Notes: a model not told the origin generated them from the sequence alone. Shown: positions 48,179 through 61,150, counted from the whole stretch's first letter. The stretch is DNA of 63,281 bases, filler included, from Chiloscyllium plagiosum (GCF_004010195.1; 8 parts of one record of this genome joined end to end with filler, not necessarily neighbours in it), one strand, 5' to 3'. Numbers and translations: made by a program.

Positions 48179-48350
48179 AGGGGTGGGGTCATGGTCAAGG
48201 GGACGGTAGGAGGAGGTATCTGCGAGCTGGCGTTTGGCCTCAGCGGTGTAAAGGTCAGTGCGCCAAACTACTACTGCGCCTCCCTTGTCAGCTGGTTTGA
48301 TGGTGAGGTTGGGGTTGGAACGGAGGGAGTGGAGGGCTGCGCGTTCCGAT
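48179..48350 (-). mobile_element. Penelope-like element fragment
   Basis: SERAALHSLRSNPNLTIKPADKGGAVVVWRTDLYTAEAKRQLADTSSY. Confidence 0.85.
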
Positions 48351-48379
48351 GCGCGTTTAATTCTGGAAGCCAACCGAGT

Positions 48380-49400
48380 TTAACGATCCTGCTCATAATC
48401 ATCAGAGAATTCAGCTGCTAACATTGTCACTTTTAACTCTCAGCTCTTCCACACGTTTGCAATACTTCAGGCAGTGAATTTGAATTTCTTCAAAATATTT
48501 ACCTCTCTGAGGGCATCGTAGGTTTGCTCTAATTTTAAAGCTGTTATCCTGCTATCGAAATTACTCTATGTGATCCTTAAGAACTCAATATTGGTTTGAC
48601 CATCTGCAGGCATCTGGTAATAATTCATGTGAACTGCACATGGTCTTTTTCACCTCCCCATGCTCCCCAGGTACCTCCTTTGATAATGAAGCGAATAACT
48701 CACGAGCCCTACCTTCACATTTGGTTTGTTTCAACAAAACCCACATTGCCACTGGCTAATGCACCTGATTCGCCACCTTTTCAAATGAGAGGAAAGAGGC
48801 TTCCTGATCCTTCTAATCAAATATTGGAAATGATTGAATATAACCATTCACAAACAGTTTCTCAATCGATTTCTGACTACCATGGCTTTGCTCATGCTCA
48901 CTCTCTTGCTTGTGAATCATACCCTCAGTCTTTTTGTCCAGCCTTTTCAGCTGACTTTCCCTTTGAAATGTCAGTATTGAAGTTCAAATGTTCTTTCTTT
49001 TTCTTTCTCTGCTCCCTCTTTCCTCCCTCTCTTCTGCTGCTCTCCCTTCTTCTCTCTGTTCTGTCGTTCTCTTTTCTTTCACTCTCTTCTGCTTTTAATC
49101 GTAACTCAATCTGTTTCATTTCTGGTGTGCTTTTCTTATCTCTCATCTCTAACTCAAACTGTTTCATTTGCTATTGAATACCTGCTGCATGTATAGACTC
49201 TGATGGTTTCTCCAGCATTTTTTAAATGCGAAACTACTGCTGTAATTATCTCTACTTTCCTCACATAAGCAGGCAGTTCCAATTCCAGCTTGTCTGCTAA
49301 TTGCTGCAACTTGGTCTGTTTCATCTTTTGCAAAATTTCCAAAGTCACGACATCCAAATACATAAAGCTTTTGGCGACTGATAGAATCATTACTATCCCA
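48380..49400 (-). mobile_element. Gypsy (Gmr1-like) gag relic
   Basis: LSVAKSF..LQQLADKLELELP..RKVEII, a charged coiled coil (48925-49167), then KVANQVH*PVAMWVLLKQTKCEGRARELFASLS..EVKK..ELLPDA. Confidence 0.7.
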
Positions 49401-49491
49401 AACGCTGTCCACCCAAGAAAAGAAAAATCTGAACTAAAGACACTGGCAATTACTACTCACTGTTTAAAATCTTGAAAAGAGCCCCCCGAAC

Positions 49492-50123
49492 CGTTATGAA
49501 CTCAGTTAGACCAGTCAAACCATTCTTAAGCAGGCAGCCCAGACCACAACTTTGCAATTCGATTCGATACTTGTACAGTGAAAATAAGCAGAGTTAGCTA
49601 CCTAGGTTGATTGCCTGGTTGTAAAACAGATACAATGTATTCACAAAATTACACAATGAAGCAGAAGGTAGAGAAAAACGATCACTGACGGAAGTCAACC
49701 TATCCAAACAAGACTTAATTATGCTATTCCAAATATATGCAATATCCCAATAAGCAAACCCCATAAAAATCTGTTTAAATGGAACAAATGCTAACAGTTT
49801 GAAGTTAGAAGTGTCGAAGCAGAGAGAGAGAGAGAGAGCCTGTCTACACAGCTGAACTCCTAACTAGTTCTGGACTGAATTGCTCAGTTAGGAAGTTGAT
49901 GAATCGCCTTTCATTTTAGAGGTCACTTCTAAAACATGACCACTTTGGTCTTATGCCTTCTTTGTTTACATAGAAAGGAATGTCTCTCAATACCCTTCAA
50001 TATCTGTACCAAGCCAGACAAATCTGAACCGGGAGATGTTTACGAAACCTCTGATTAAAAAAATCAACACAATATCCTTGACAAACGACACAGCTTTCAG
50101 TAAACGTGTCCAACTTTGTGACA
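49492..50123 (-). mobile_element. Probable 5' LTR of the Gypsy relic with decayed tRNA-Pro PBS at ~49476-49489
   Basis: The minus strand starts TGTCAC and ends CATAACG (decayed CA), followed by GTTCGGGGGGCTC, resembling PBS-Pro TGGGGGCTCG, just upstream of gag. Confidence 0.55.
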
Positions 50124-50124
50124 G

Positions 50125-50937
50125 TCTGGATGAATAGGGAGCTCTTAGGGTTCATATCCATCCATTCCTCAAATTTATTATTCCAGTTAATAAGGCTGTT
50201 ATTATTTCGTATTGCTTCTTGGCGTTCATTTCCTGGGATAATAGGTTAAAGGACTGCTATGCTACTTTACAGTTCTATAGAACTCTGCTTTGACTGCACT
50301 TGTGTATTGTCTGCAGTTTCATTAGACTCATTACACAAAGTATGTGTACGTTTTAGAATGGGTGCAGAGCGGATTTACCAGGATACTGGCTGGACTGGAG
50401 GGCATGTCTTATGAAGTAAGGTTGGGCAAATTACGACTTTTCTCATTGGAGCGAAGAAGAATGAATTGTGACGTTATCGAGATAGCCAAAATGATGAGAG
50501 GCATAGATGGACTACGATTTGGAGATGTTGGTGTTGGACTGGGGAGTACAAAGTTAAAATCACACAACACAAGGTTATAGGCAAACAGGTGTAATTGGAA
50601 ACACTAGCTTTCGGAGCGCTGCTCCATTTTCAGACTAGATAGCGAAAGACTTCTTCCCAGCGTGGAAATGGCAATTGCAAGGGGATATAATTTTAATGTG
50701 AATGGAAGAAGATTTAAGGGAGATGTCAGAGTTCGGTTGTTTACACAGAGAGTGGCGGGTCCGTGGAATGCACTGCCAGCGGTGGCTATGGAGCCAAATA
50801 CCCATTGGGGACTTCATAGCGACTCGTGGAACGCACATGGAAGAAAGTACAATGAAGCTGGTCTACAGTAGGATAAAATATCGGCACAACATCGAGGCGT
50901 GAAGGGCTTGTACTGAACTCTAGTATTCTATGTTCTA
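50125..50937 (+). mobile_element. Degenerate CR1 3' fragment with nested Penelope repeat
   Basis: LEWVQSGFTRILAGLEGMSYEVRLGKLRLFSLERRR..RFKGDVRVRLFTQRVAGPWNALP; tail TATTCTATGTTCTA. Confidence 0.82.
50515..50633 (-). mobile_element. Solo Penelope terminal repeat (family B) with hammerhead-like core, GACTA TSD
   Basis: Minus strand CTGAAAATGGAGCAGCGCTCCGAAAGCTAGTG...GTGTTGTGTGATTTTAACTTTGTAC; GACTA at 50510-50514 and 50633-50637. Confidence 0.72.
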
Positions 50938-50964
50938 ATCATGTACAGCACACTCGAAGGGCTG

Positions 50965-51640
50965 AATAAGAACGAGGAACTTCAGTCGGCAAATAGTCCT
51001 CTTCAAGCCTGCTACAGCATTGAATATGATCACGTCTGATGTCATTCCGGCCTTATTTCCATTTCCCTGCTCACTCTCCATCACCCTTCACTTACTCAAT
51101 GTCCCAGAACCCACTGCACTCTGGACGTTTGCACAGATACACAGCTCTTTTAGAGAATTAAGATCTCTTTACACCTGTATTAAAACTGCTCTACGTTATC
51201 CTAAAATTATGACCTCTTGTTCTCGATTGCCTCACGTGACAGAATTTCCACTCCACATCTACATTTTCAATCACCTTTGGCATCTTACATCCTTTATTGA
51301 GATCCCCTCTAATTCTTCTAAATTCCAGAGAATGTTGGCCTGAAATGCTCAATATCTCTTCATACGACAATCTCTTCATCTTTGGAAGCAATCTGGTTGC
51401 TTCTGAACTGTGTCTGACGCAGTCAAATTCCTCCTCACGTCAGGGTTCCAGAACTGCATAGAGTGTATATTTGCCGTCTCACGAATGTCTTGCACAGTTG
51501 CAGCAACACGTTTACACTCTATTCCGTCAGATATAAACTCTTAAATTGCATTTGCCTTTCTCTTTACCTGCTGGACTGCATGTGAGCTTTCTGTGATGTG
51601 TACGAGTTGACGCATATAGTCTGCACTTAAGCAATTTTAG
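50965..51640 (-). mobile_element. Degenerate CR1 3' fragment
   Basis: MKRLSYEEILS..SLEFRRIRGDL..SRTRGHNFRI. Confidence 0.75.
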
Positions 51641-51749
51641 AAAATAAGNNNNNNNNNNNNNNNNNNNNNNNNNNNNNNNNNNNNNNNNNNNNTTAATTAA
51701 TTAANNNNNNNNNNNNNNNNNNNNNNNNNNNNNNNNNNNNNNNNNNNNG

Positions 51750-52440
51750 CCTTTGGTTCAACCAGTGTTCGATCCAACACAAGATAATGATACCTGATCC
51801 TCTGTCACCACACCATACTCTTGTCCTGTCCACATACTTTTAGTGTCTAGAAATCCTAAGTTATTTGCAGTGCCTTTACTTCCACAGCCTTAAGTGATAG
51901 AGAATTCTGCATGGTCACCAGTCTCTGAGTGCAGATACTTATTCCCGTCACAATGCTGAGAGGCTTTCTGAATCAATCAGTGTGTCCCCTTGTTTTAGAT
52001 ATCGCAGCCAGAAGACTTATCATCCCTGCTTCCAACCTGTCTCACTCTGTCAGTATTTTAGATATTTCACTGCGATCTCCACACACATTTTCCTAAACCC
52101 CATGGAATATAGGCTCAGTTGACTGGAATTCAGATTTCACAACGTTCCTGTCATCCCAGAGACCAGTCTTGTCAACCTTGACTGCATTCCCTCAATGTCA
52201 GCTTTGTCCTTTATTCGGCAAAAAAGCCAAAACTGCACAGAATACTGCACAATGTTCGAGTTGTTTTCTTATTGAGGCTCTGTGCAGCTACAGTAAGACA
52301 TTCCTGTCGTCAAATCCCCCTGAAATAAAGGTCAACGCTTCATTTGCCTTCTGATCCGCTTTCGGTTCCTCCATTATTGTGCTTCGTTTCTGGTGCATGG
52401 GGAGATCTAAATCCCTTTCAATTTTACAGCTACCCACTTG
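51750..52440 (-). mobile_element. Degenerate CR1 3' fragment
   Basis: The minus strand shows KANEALTFISGGFDDRNVLL*LHRASIRKQLEHCAVFCAVL-type CR1 motifs. Confidence 0.6.
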
Positions 52441-53279
52441 GGTGGGTCTATGTACACTGGTTAGCGTGTCAATGATATTTCCCGTATTAATTTCTCGCTT
52501 CAGAACTCACTGCTTTGCATGGACATTGAAGGAATGTGCAGAAGAATTAAGAAAATAAAACTAAGTCGCTTGAAAGATCAAAAGGACAGACTTCACACGT
52601 ATTGTTTTAAAAGCTGAGCTCTCTTATGAATGCAATTTAAAATGAGATCAGGGATTTTTATATCAAAGAACAGAAATCAGCATATCCAAATAGAAAAGAT
52701 GAAAGTTTTAATCTAAGTTTGTTGACTCAATCACATCTACATCACACTGGGCGCCATTGGTTATAAATTCTATCAGCATGATCTTAACCTGCACAACCAA
52801 CTAATGAAGGAGTGAAATAAACGTGTTGGACTTTCACCTGGTGTTGTGTGATTTTTAGTTTTGTCCACCCCGTCCAACACAGGCACCTCCAAGTCAATAT
52901 GGAGACTGACAGAGTTGATTGGGACAGGAGGCAAAAAATCTAAATAAAGAATATTCCGTTGGCATGAGAAAAGCAGTCTACAATCATTCTGGATCATTAC
53001 TTAAAAGGGATGACAAATATTAAAGGAGCCCTTGGAGGAACTGTGACCGTTGTTTATTCCTGCCTGGCATAATGTAAATTTGGAAATGTGGTCCTGACAT
53101 GGCTAACAAGGGATATTAGGCATAGTGCTGATCCAAAAGAGAGGCGTACAAATTGGCTAAAAAGAACAGTAGGCGTGATGACTGGGAGTATTTCAGATTT
53201 CAGCTGAAGGCGATTTAGGGATTCATTAAGACAGAAAATGAAGTGCAAGTGTAAACTTGTGGGGAGCATACAAATTAAT

Positions 53280-54265
53280 TGCTAAAGTTCCTAAAGATGT
53301 AATGAAGAGACAAAAAAATGAAAACAGATCTCTGACAACCAGAAAAAGGGGAAGTTATAATGCAGAATAAAGGGATGGCAGATCAATTAACGACATATTT
53401 TGATTCTATCATCACAATGGATGTCACAACTAATTTCCCTAAAACGCAGAGGGAAACATGAGAAGGAGGAACTGAAGGAAATCAGTACTAATACAGAAAT
53501 GGAGTTGGTGAAATTTCTGGGATTAAAAACCAACAAATACCAACACCTGGTAATCAATACCCTAGATTACTTAAAGTAGCCCGATGTATCGTGGATGCAT
53601 TCTGATCGCGTGTCTTGAATCGAAATAGGAGAACTTAATGGCCATCTTTGAAGTTTCTGCTGACCCCGAAAATCTTCTATGAATGGCAGGCAGCCATTGT
53701 GGCCATTTTTAAGAAAGACATACAAAGGAAACATGGAATGATAGACCAGTTAGCCTAACACTGGAAAACCGCGACATGATTAGACAGACAGTCAGCATGG
53801 ATTGACAAAAGTGAAATTAGAATCCAGACCTCGTGTTCATTTGAACAAGTCCCACACAGGAAACATTCAGATGCAGTGGGAGCTGAAGGTATCAAATGGT
53901 AAGTTCGCCTTTGTAGTGAGAGGATGAGAACATGCACAGGGATGTCTTGCTTAAATTGTACAGGGCCTTGGTAAGAGCAAACAGAGAGTGTTCTGTCGTT
54001 TTCGCATTGGAGACTCCACAACAACGGTTTAACAGACCGATTCCTCGGATGGTAGGATTGACTTATGAGGACTAGATTGGTACGGATGGATTCCATTGGA
54101 GGTGAAAGAATGAAGTGGGATCTCACATAAACCAGTACCATTCTAACATGACTAACAAGGTAAAAGCAATAAAGATTCTCTAAATGACGGGAGAGTTCAG
54201 AACCGAGGAGGGGTCGCAGTTCATAGATATATAGCTGGCCAATTTCCACTGTGATGAGGAAAACT
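53280..54265 (+). mobile_element. Degenerate, internally deleted CR1 ORF2
   Basis: GLKTNKYQHLVINTLD-like region, IFKKD..DRPVSLT, LKLYRALVR, SEPRRG motifs. Confidence 0.6.
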
Positions 54266-54779
54266 TATGAGGTGCACCTCCGTTCTTTTTATCCCTGACA
54301 CAGGATTATAAATCCTGGCGCTGCACTTCACTTTAAATCTCATGCACTGGAATATATCTACTGGTGCAGCAACCCCTTTAAACCTCACTTACTGCCTGGG
54401 GACGGCAGACAACGGCATTTCATTCCAGCTTCACTGGCTGCACACGTGCTCAAAATCCACATTAACTCTGGGCATGCTCCAGCACACTGACAACCTGACT
54501 GATGATGTCACACGGACAATAGCAGCAACGGGAAGGCCTGTTTTGAGCTGGTTTTCTTGTTCCTCCATTCAATCAGGGAGGAGGGCGGGACAGGTAAAGG
54601 GCCTTGAACAATCAAAAATGTGGGTGGATTCAAGCTCCATCCTTCTTGGATGGGTTGAGTGGAGAGGTCGCAGGAGGTTCACTCATTATTTCAGTTGGAG
54701 GGCTTATTGTCACGCGTCCTCAGGGAGAGACTACAAGAGACAGGAGGAAGTGGACAATATAGTCCCACACAATAGCACA

Positions 54780-55400
54780 GTCACAGAGTCATACAGATGT
54801 AGACATTGGAAAAAGGCCCTTCGGTCCAACTGGTCCATATCAAATAGATATCCCAACCTAATCGAGTCCCATTTTACTGCACATGGCACATAATCCTCTA
54901 ATAATTTCCTATTCATCTGCTCGTGCAGACACCTTTTATATGCTGCAATAGTACCAGCCTCCACAATTACCTCTCGCAGCTCATTCCATTAACGCACCAG
55001 ATCTGTCTCAAAAATGTGTACCTTACGTCCCCTTTATATATTTTCCCTCTCATCCTCAACCTGGGCTTCGAATTCTGGACTTCTCCAACTGGTGAAAAAG
55101 CCTTGCCAATTTACAGTATCCATGTCCTTCATGATTTTTAAAACTTTAAAGGTCACCCCTCAGGCCCCAACGCTCCAGGGAAAACAGCCACAGCCTATTC
55201 AGCTACTCCCCATAACTCAACCCCTCCAAACCTGGCAACACTTTTGTATATCTTTCTGAACTCTTTCAAGTTTCACAACATCCTAATGATAAGACTAAGG
55301 TACAAACTGCATGCAATATTGTGAATGTGGCCTGACAACGTCCTCTACAGCCTCAACTTGACCTCCAAACTCCTATATGAAATGCACTGTTCAATAAAAG
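54780..55400 (-). mobile_element. CR1 3' fragment
   Basis: MEAGTIAAYKRCLHEQMNRK; tail TGGACCGAAGGGCCT; RLGLFSLERWGLRGDL-type motif. Confidence 0.75.
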
Positions 55401-56517
55401 AAATCACCAGAATTGGTTCTCTGCATATTATAGACCCACATCAGCAATGTCAGCTGTAATTTGCTGAGGTGTAAACTGGGACACTGGGGACAGCAGGAAA
55501 AGGGATGGAATTGTTGATTTGCGAGAGGTGACTGCGGACCAAGTGATACAGGCTCAATATGGGTGCTGAATGCATGCTATCCTGATTACCCTGGCATATG
55601 GATCACTCCGGATTAATCATCCACAATGACACTCCTTTGTATGTTTTACCTTGTACGTCCCACATCAGTTCAGTACGCCGATAGGATCCAGGCATTTTAA
55701 CTTGTCAAATACTACTCAGGTCAGTTGTACAGCCTCATATTAAGACCATACATTTTCGAAGCACAAAGAGAATATTCAGGTTGCCAGGGTTATTCCATCA
55801 TTCAATGAGTTCACGTCTGATGCGAGGAGACTGAACTGCACTTTCTTGTCATTCCTCATAACCCTTAAAACCATGAGTAAAAATCTATCGATCTCAGCCT
55901 TGAATATCCTTAATGACTCAGTCCCGACAGCCCATGCTGGACAGAATCACACCGGAATGTGAGAATGGCAGAACAATGGTGTGTCTACCCGCCAGACTGG
56001 AACGAACACACACTGGAGTTGGGGAAAGTGGAGAAAGGATATGGTGACATTGTTTGTAACAGGCAAAGCTGAAGGAAAGGGAGGGACGGTGAGAGGTTTC
56101 ACAATTGTACCATTGTTCTTCCATCCACACTATCCAATCACTTCATCTGAACTATCAACATCCTTCATCCCGTGCCACAGCGCCCCTTCAGACTTCATGT
56201 CAACTCTGAAGAAGAGTTATCTAGATTAAAAACATAATCTTGCTTTCTGCACACGGATGCTGCCTTACTGGCTGTGATCTCCAGCGTTTTATTGTTTTCC
56301 TCGGATTGTAAAAGTTGGAGGAGAGAAAGTCTGATGGGGACGAGGTTGGCAAAAGTGCCAAGATTTGATTACAGGAGAACGAAAGAGGGAAGTCGTAGAA
56401 AAAATTAATTTATTAGGTATTATTGTTGTCACGTGCACCTAGGTACAGACAAAAATGCTGTTTTGCGTTCAGTACAGGCAGTTCATGCCATAAAAGTGCA
56501 TTAGAAAGAGAACAGCG

Positions 56518-57648
56518 CATGGGGCATGGGAACTCAGATTGTAGCTTCAGGGTGCAGGGCCTGGAGTGTAGGGACGTTAGGAACATGGCATCAATTTCCA
56601 AAGAGGGTGTCTGTCAACAGGAAAGTGGCTTGAAGTGTGTATACTTCAATGCAAGAAGTATACGAAATAAGGTAGGTGAACTTGCAGTTGGTACCTGGGT
56701 TGGTACCTGGGACTTCGATGTTGTGGCTATTACGGAAACATGGCTAGAACAGGGACAGGATTGGCTGTTGCAGGTTCCAGGATTTAAATGTTTTAGTAGG
56801 GTCAGGGGGGGGGGTAAAAGAGGGGGAGGTGTGGCATTGCTTGTCAAAGATAGTATTACAGTGGTGGAAAGGACGATGGATGAGGACTTGCCATCCGAGG
56901 TAGTTTGGGCTGAGGTTAGGAATAGGAAAGGTGAGGTCACCCTGTTAGGAGTCTTTTACAGGCCTCCTAATAGCCCTAGAATCATTGAAGAAAGGATAGG
57001 GAAGGTGATTCAGGAGATGAGTGACAGTAATAGGGTGGTTGTGATGGGGGACTTTAACTTTCCTGATATTGATTGGGAAAGCTATAGCTCAAGTTCGTTA
57101 GATGGGTCAGTGTTTGTTCAATGTGTGCAGGAGAGTTTCCTGACACAATATGTAGACAGGCCAACAAGAGGTGAGGCCATACTGGATTTGGTTCTGGGTA
57201 ACGAACCAGGCCAGGTGTTAGAATTAGAGGTAGGTGAGCACTTTGGGGATAGTGACCATAATTCAGTGATTTTTACTCTCGTGATGGAGAGGGATAAGTG
57301 TGTACTACAAGGCAAGAGTTATAGCTGGGGTCAGGGAAATTATGATGCGGTGAAGCATGACTTAGGATGTGTGGCTTGGAAAAGTAGACTCCAAGGCAAG
57401 AGTGTAAATGATATGTGGAACTTGTTCAAGGGGCAACTATTGAGTGTCCTTGATAATTATGTACCTGTCAGGCAAGGAGGAAAGGGTCGTGCGAGGGAGC
57501 CGTGGTTTAATAAGGAATTGGAATCCCTTGTTAAATGGAAGAGGGCGGCCTACCTCAAGATGAGACGTGAAGGTCCAATTGGGCCGATTGAGAGTTATAA
57601 GGTAGCCAGGAAGGACCTGAAGAGAGAGCTAAAAGCAGAAAGGAGGGG
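56518..57648 (+). mobile_element. Young CR1 LINE ORF2 N-terminus (APE endonuclease), open frame to the gap
   Basis: YFNARSIRNK, VVAITETWL, GGGVALLVK, GVFYRPP, VVMGDFNFPDIDW, LDLVL, GDSDHN. Confidence 0.93.
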
Positions 57649-57748
57649 NNNNNNNNNNNNNNNNNNNNNNNNNNNNNNNNNNNNNNNNNNNNTTAATTAA
57701 TTAANNNNNNNNNNNNNNNNNNNNNNNNNNNNNNNNNNNNNNNNNNNN

Positions 57749-58306
57749 CTGCTGGTCACTAAAATGTGTCTGACGGTGAGAACATTGAGCAGCAGAATCA
57801 GGAGAAATGGCACACACGGGGTTAGAATGTGGTGAAGGAACTCGACTGTGATCCAGACAGGTGAATCAAAAACATGGAATGCTACATCACAAAACCAAGG
57901 CTGGTTCGACAGCCAATACCGACTTCTGAGCATAAAATACCAGAAAATGCTCTTTAAACAGCTCAGCAAAGTCACTACTCCCAGAACCACAGCCGCCATT
58001 TTCTCACTGCAATTTTTCCTTTCAGCTTCTGGCAACAAATGGCCACACACCGATCAAAGGTGAAAGTGACGGTGAACCAGACAGAACAGTCCGTGGCTGC
58101 ATAAAGCAGGACGGCGTGGATATTACACACGGTAATGTACCACAGGAAATAAAAATGTTCCCAATAAATGATAGGGATGTGTCTCAGTATCAGGTCGAGT
58201 ATAATGACCAGTAGATCCGCCGCTGCCATCGCCCCCAGGTAACGTCTGACACTTGGAGACAATCCACAATCTTTATAAAGCAGGACGTAGACAGTCACTA
58301 TGTTAA
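57749..58306 (-). pseudogene. GPR139/GPR142-like class A GPCR coding exon (TM1 end to TM5), 1-nt frameshift, truncated by gap
   Basis: Acceptor CTTCCCTTCCTTACAG| then VNIVTVYVL..CGLS..RYLGAMAAADLLVII..CNIHAVLLYAATDCSVWFTVTFTFDRCVAICCQKLK / CSEKMAAVVLGVVTLLSCLKSIFWYF..ILTPCVPFLLILLLNVLTVRHILVTS; frame switch at ~58012. Confidence 0.85.
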
Positions 58307-59422
58307 CTGTAAGGAAGGGAAGCAGGTACATTACATATCAGCCTGATTTCAAAAAGTCCAGTTTGATTGTGGTTTCTGTGAGATTTCCAAATGTGTCACG
58401 ACATTCAGAGATTTATTTAACTTATTGGAGATGAAATAACTACTGGAAAGTTTGAATTAATGACAAAAATGTGTCTTGAAACACAAGTACCCACCCTCCC
58501 CACACGCAAAGAGGCACATCCATCTGAGCAGATGGCTTCCACAATAGTTTCACACACTCGATCACTCGAGGAACAGACACCGGTCATTTATTTCCAGTTT
58601 CTACTACGGAGGATGAAAACCTTGCTATCCTGAAGGCTTCTCTCCTCTTTTGAAACTTTCTGCCTTTTAGTCGAAATTATGGTCGGTCTTCTGTCGGGAA
58701 GAAATGGAACAGCACTGAAAACGTATTCATCCCAGTAACTGCCTGAAGGGAAGTCTAAACCGTGTCGCCATCTCCGTGGAATGGGATCTCCCCCCTCGGG
58801 ATATAACATTTTGATCAATTCACTTACAGCCGGCCGTTTACAAATGATGTCAGTTACAGAATGCTCCGGATCATATCCAGTACAGAACATTCCATGAACT
58901 CTCGGTTCTAGAATGTTCGGGGNNNNNNNNNNNNNNNNNNNNNNNNNNNNNNNNNNNNNNNNNNNNNNNNNNNNNNNNNNNNNNNNNNNNNNNNNNNNNN
59001 NNNNNNNNNNNNNNNNNNNNNNNNNNNNNNNNNNNNNNNNNNNNNNNNNNNNNNNNNNNNNNNNNNNNNNNNNNNNNNNNNNNNNNNNNNNNNNNNNNNN
59101 NNNNNNNNNNNNNNNNNNNNNNNNNNNNNNNNNNNNNNNNNNNNNNNNNNNNNNNNNNNNNNNNNNNNNNNNNNNNNNNNNNNNNNNNNNNNNNNNNNNN
59201 NNNNNNNNNNNNNNNNNNNNNNNNNNNNNNNNNNNNNNNNNNNNNNNNNNNNNNNNNNNNNNNNNNNNNNNNNNNNNNNNNNNNNNNNNNNNNNNNNNNN
59301 NNNNNNNNNNNNNNNNNNNNNNNNNNNNNNNNNNNNNNNNNNNNNNNNNNNNNNNNNNNNNNNNNNNNNNNNNNNNNNNNNNNNNNNNNNNNNNNNNNNN
59401 NNNNNNNNNNNNNNNNNNNNNN

Positions 59423-60240
59423 GGCAGATATGCAGAAATAAATTGGGAAGGACTATCTTGATTGCATATGATGCAGCTGTAGATGTTGTTCCGTTGAAGC
59501 AACATCCTTAGTTGCATAACCATATAAAGTTGGCACAGAGTCAGAAGGAGATCGAGTGCATTCTCCAAGATGGCTTAACTGAGGAAAGTTCTAGTCACTA
59601 GAGCTCACTATTGTCATGGTGTCACAGCCTGATGACACCCAACGGTTATGTGTGAACTCTTGCAAAGTCATCGCCGTATACAAAGACTGATGCACATCTA
59701 ATTCATCTGTTGGACGACTGTGTCGAAAACGTGGGAGAAGCAACTTGCATTTAAGTTGGATTTGCTCAGAGGCTACTGGGACCTGCCTCTGTCAGAGTGA
59801 GCAAAGGCAATTTCGTCTTTCATAACGCTAAATGTGATATCTCAGTTCACATTCATACCAGTCACATTTCAGAACTGACCAACCAGATCATTGCTGGATT
59901 ACATAACTGTGTGAGGTATGTTCATAGCCTGGTGATTTTTAATCAATCATGGAAGGAACATTTGCAGCATTTTTCAGACTTGTTCAATCGACTTGGCAAG
60001 CTCGGTGGTAGACCGTGCAAAAATTGAATTTGCTAAAGCTCGAGTCACCTTCCTGGGCCATCTTATTGGACACGGACAAAATAGCCCCACGACGTTTGAA
60101 AACGAAAGCAATTGCGGAATTTCCCACACTATCGATGAAAAGAGCAGTAACAAAAGTTTGCTGCTCCACTCACCAAATTGTTGAAACAGGGCAAGATTGT
60201 TCAGTGGACAGCAGGTTTGTTCACTCATTTTAAGTACTCT
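59423..60240 (+). mobile_element. Degenerate Gypsy RT
   Basis: PLKQHP..QKEIECILQDG..IVMVSQPDDTQRLCVN..KLDLLRGYWDLPL..LVIFNQSWKEHLQH..EFAKARVTFLGHLIG. Confidence 0.8.
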
Positions 60241-60249
60241 GTGAAACAC

Positions 60250-61150
60250 TGCCTATCATCCTGTCTCTTCCATGCTCCCCTCCAATAATAAGAGTGAGAG
60301 ATACATGGAGTTTCTCTGCCAATAAGATTGAGACAATCCGATGAGCTGCCTCGGCTGCTTCCCTCCCTCCCACATGCCCACCGAGCCAAACTGTCTCATT
60401 TGGTGCTTCTGGGTTTAGCCGAATCTAACATTTTTTTTCAGTTCAGTGTCAAGCTTTATTAGAGCTCATCTTGCCACTTTACCCTAATCTAGCAAAACTA
60501 CAGACATTACACCTCTGTCTCCTCCTCATCAATGCCCCTCGCCCATCACAGATATTGTTCCTTGTTCTGTCTGTCTGATTTTTTTCTGGTTATGTCCTTC
60601 TCATCCATTCTGCCAAAATCTAATATTTGACCTCACTATCGTTGAAGAATTCTGCTCCGTCACCTTTCCTTTCCTTTCCTTTCTGAATTCCTTGTATTTA
60701 GTGTCCCTTCAGGATCTTTCCTTGGCCCTCCTGTTTCTCACCTACATGCTGCCAGGAGGTGACATCGTCCAAAAGCACCGTGTTAGGTTTCACATGTACA
60801 CTGATAATGCCCAGCTCTCCCTCCCCATCATCCCTCTCCATTGCTCCACTGATGCTCAGTTATCAAACTGCTTACCACACTCCCACGATTCGCGACAATT
60901 TCCTCCAATGAAACATTGTAATAGGTAAACCCGTTGCCTTCAGTTGCTATTACAAAATACTCTCCCTTACCATTGAGCCACTCCCGCTCACTGGGAACTG
61001 TCTGAGGCAGCACTACACTCTTCACAATATTGCTGTTATATCTGACCCCAAGGTGATCTTCTGATCAGACATCCACACAATCACAAACACCGGGATTTCC
61101 AATCTCTAAGATGTTGCTCGTCTCCACCTCACCCCAGCTCAATTGCTACT
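60250..61150 (+). mobile_element. Degenerate L2-type LINE RT fragment
   Basis: VP.GS.LGPLLFLTYMLP..DIVQKHRVRFHMYTDNAQL (YADD-derived motif). Confidence 0.65.

Noticed and set aside
48596..49177. 193-aa plus-strand ORF with a hydrophobic Leu/Ser/Phe stretch
   Set aside because: Antisense reading of the Glu/Arg/Lys-rich Gypsy gag coiled coil.
54342..54893. 183-aa ORF as a gene
   Set aside because: No recognisable domain, and its 3' part is antisense CR1 tail.
58588..58922. Minus-strand ORF or GTAAGT donor (~58826) as GPCR exon 1
   Set aside because: No TM1-like hydrophobic segment, the phase does not give the expected Val codon, and the long ORF depends on reading through Ns.
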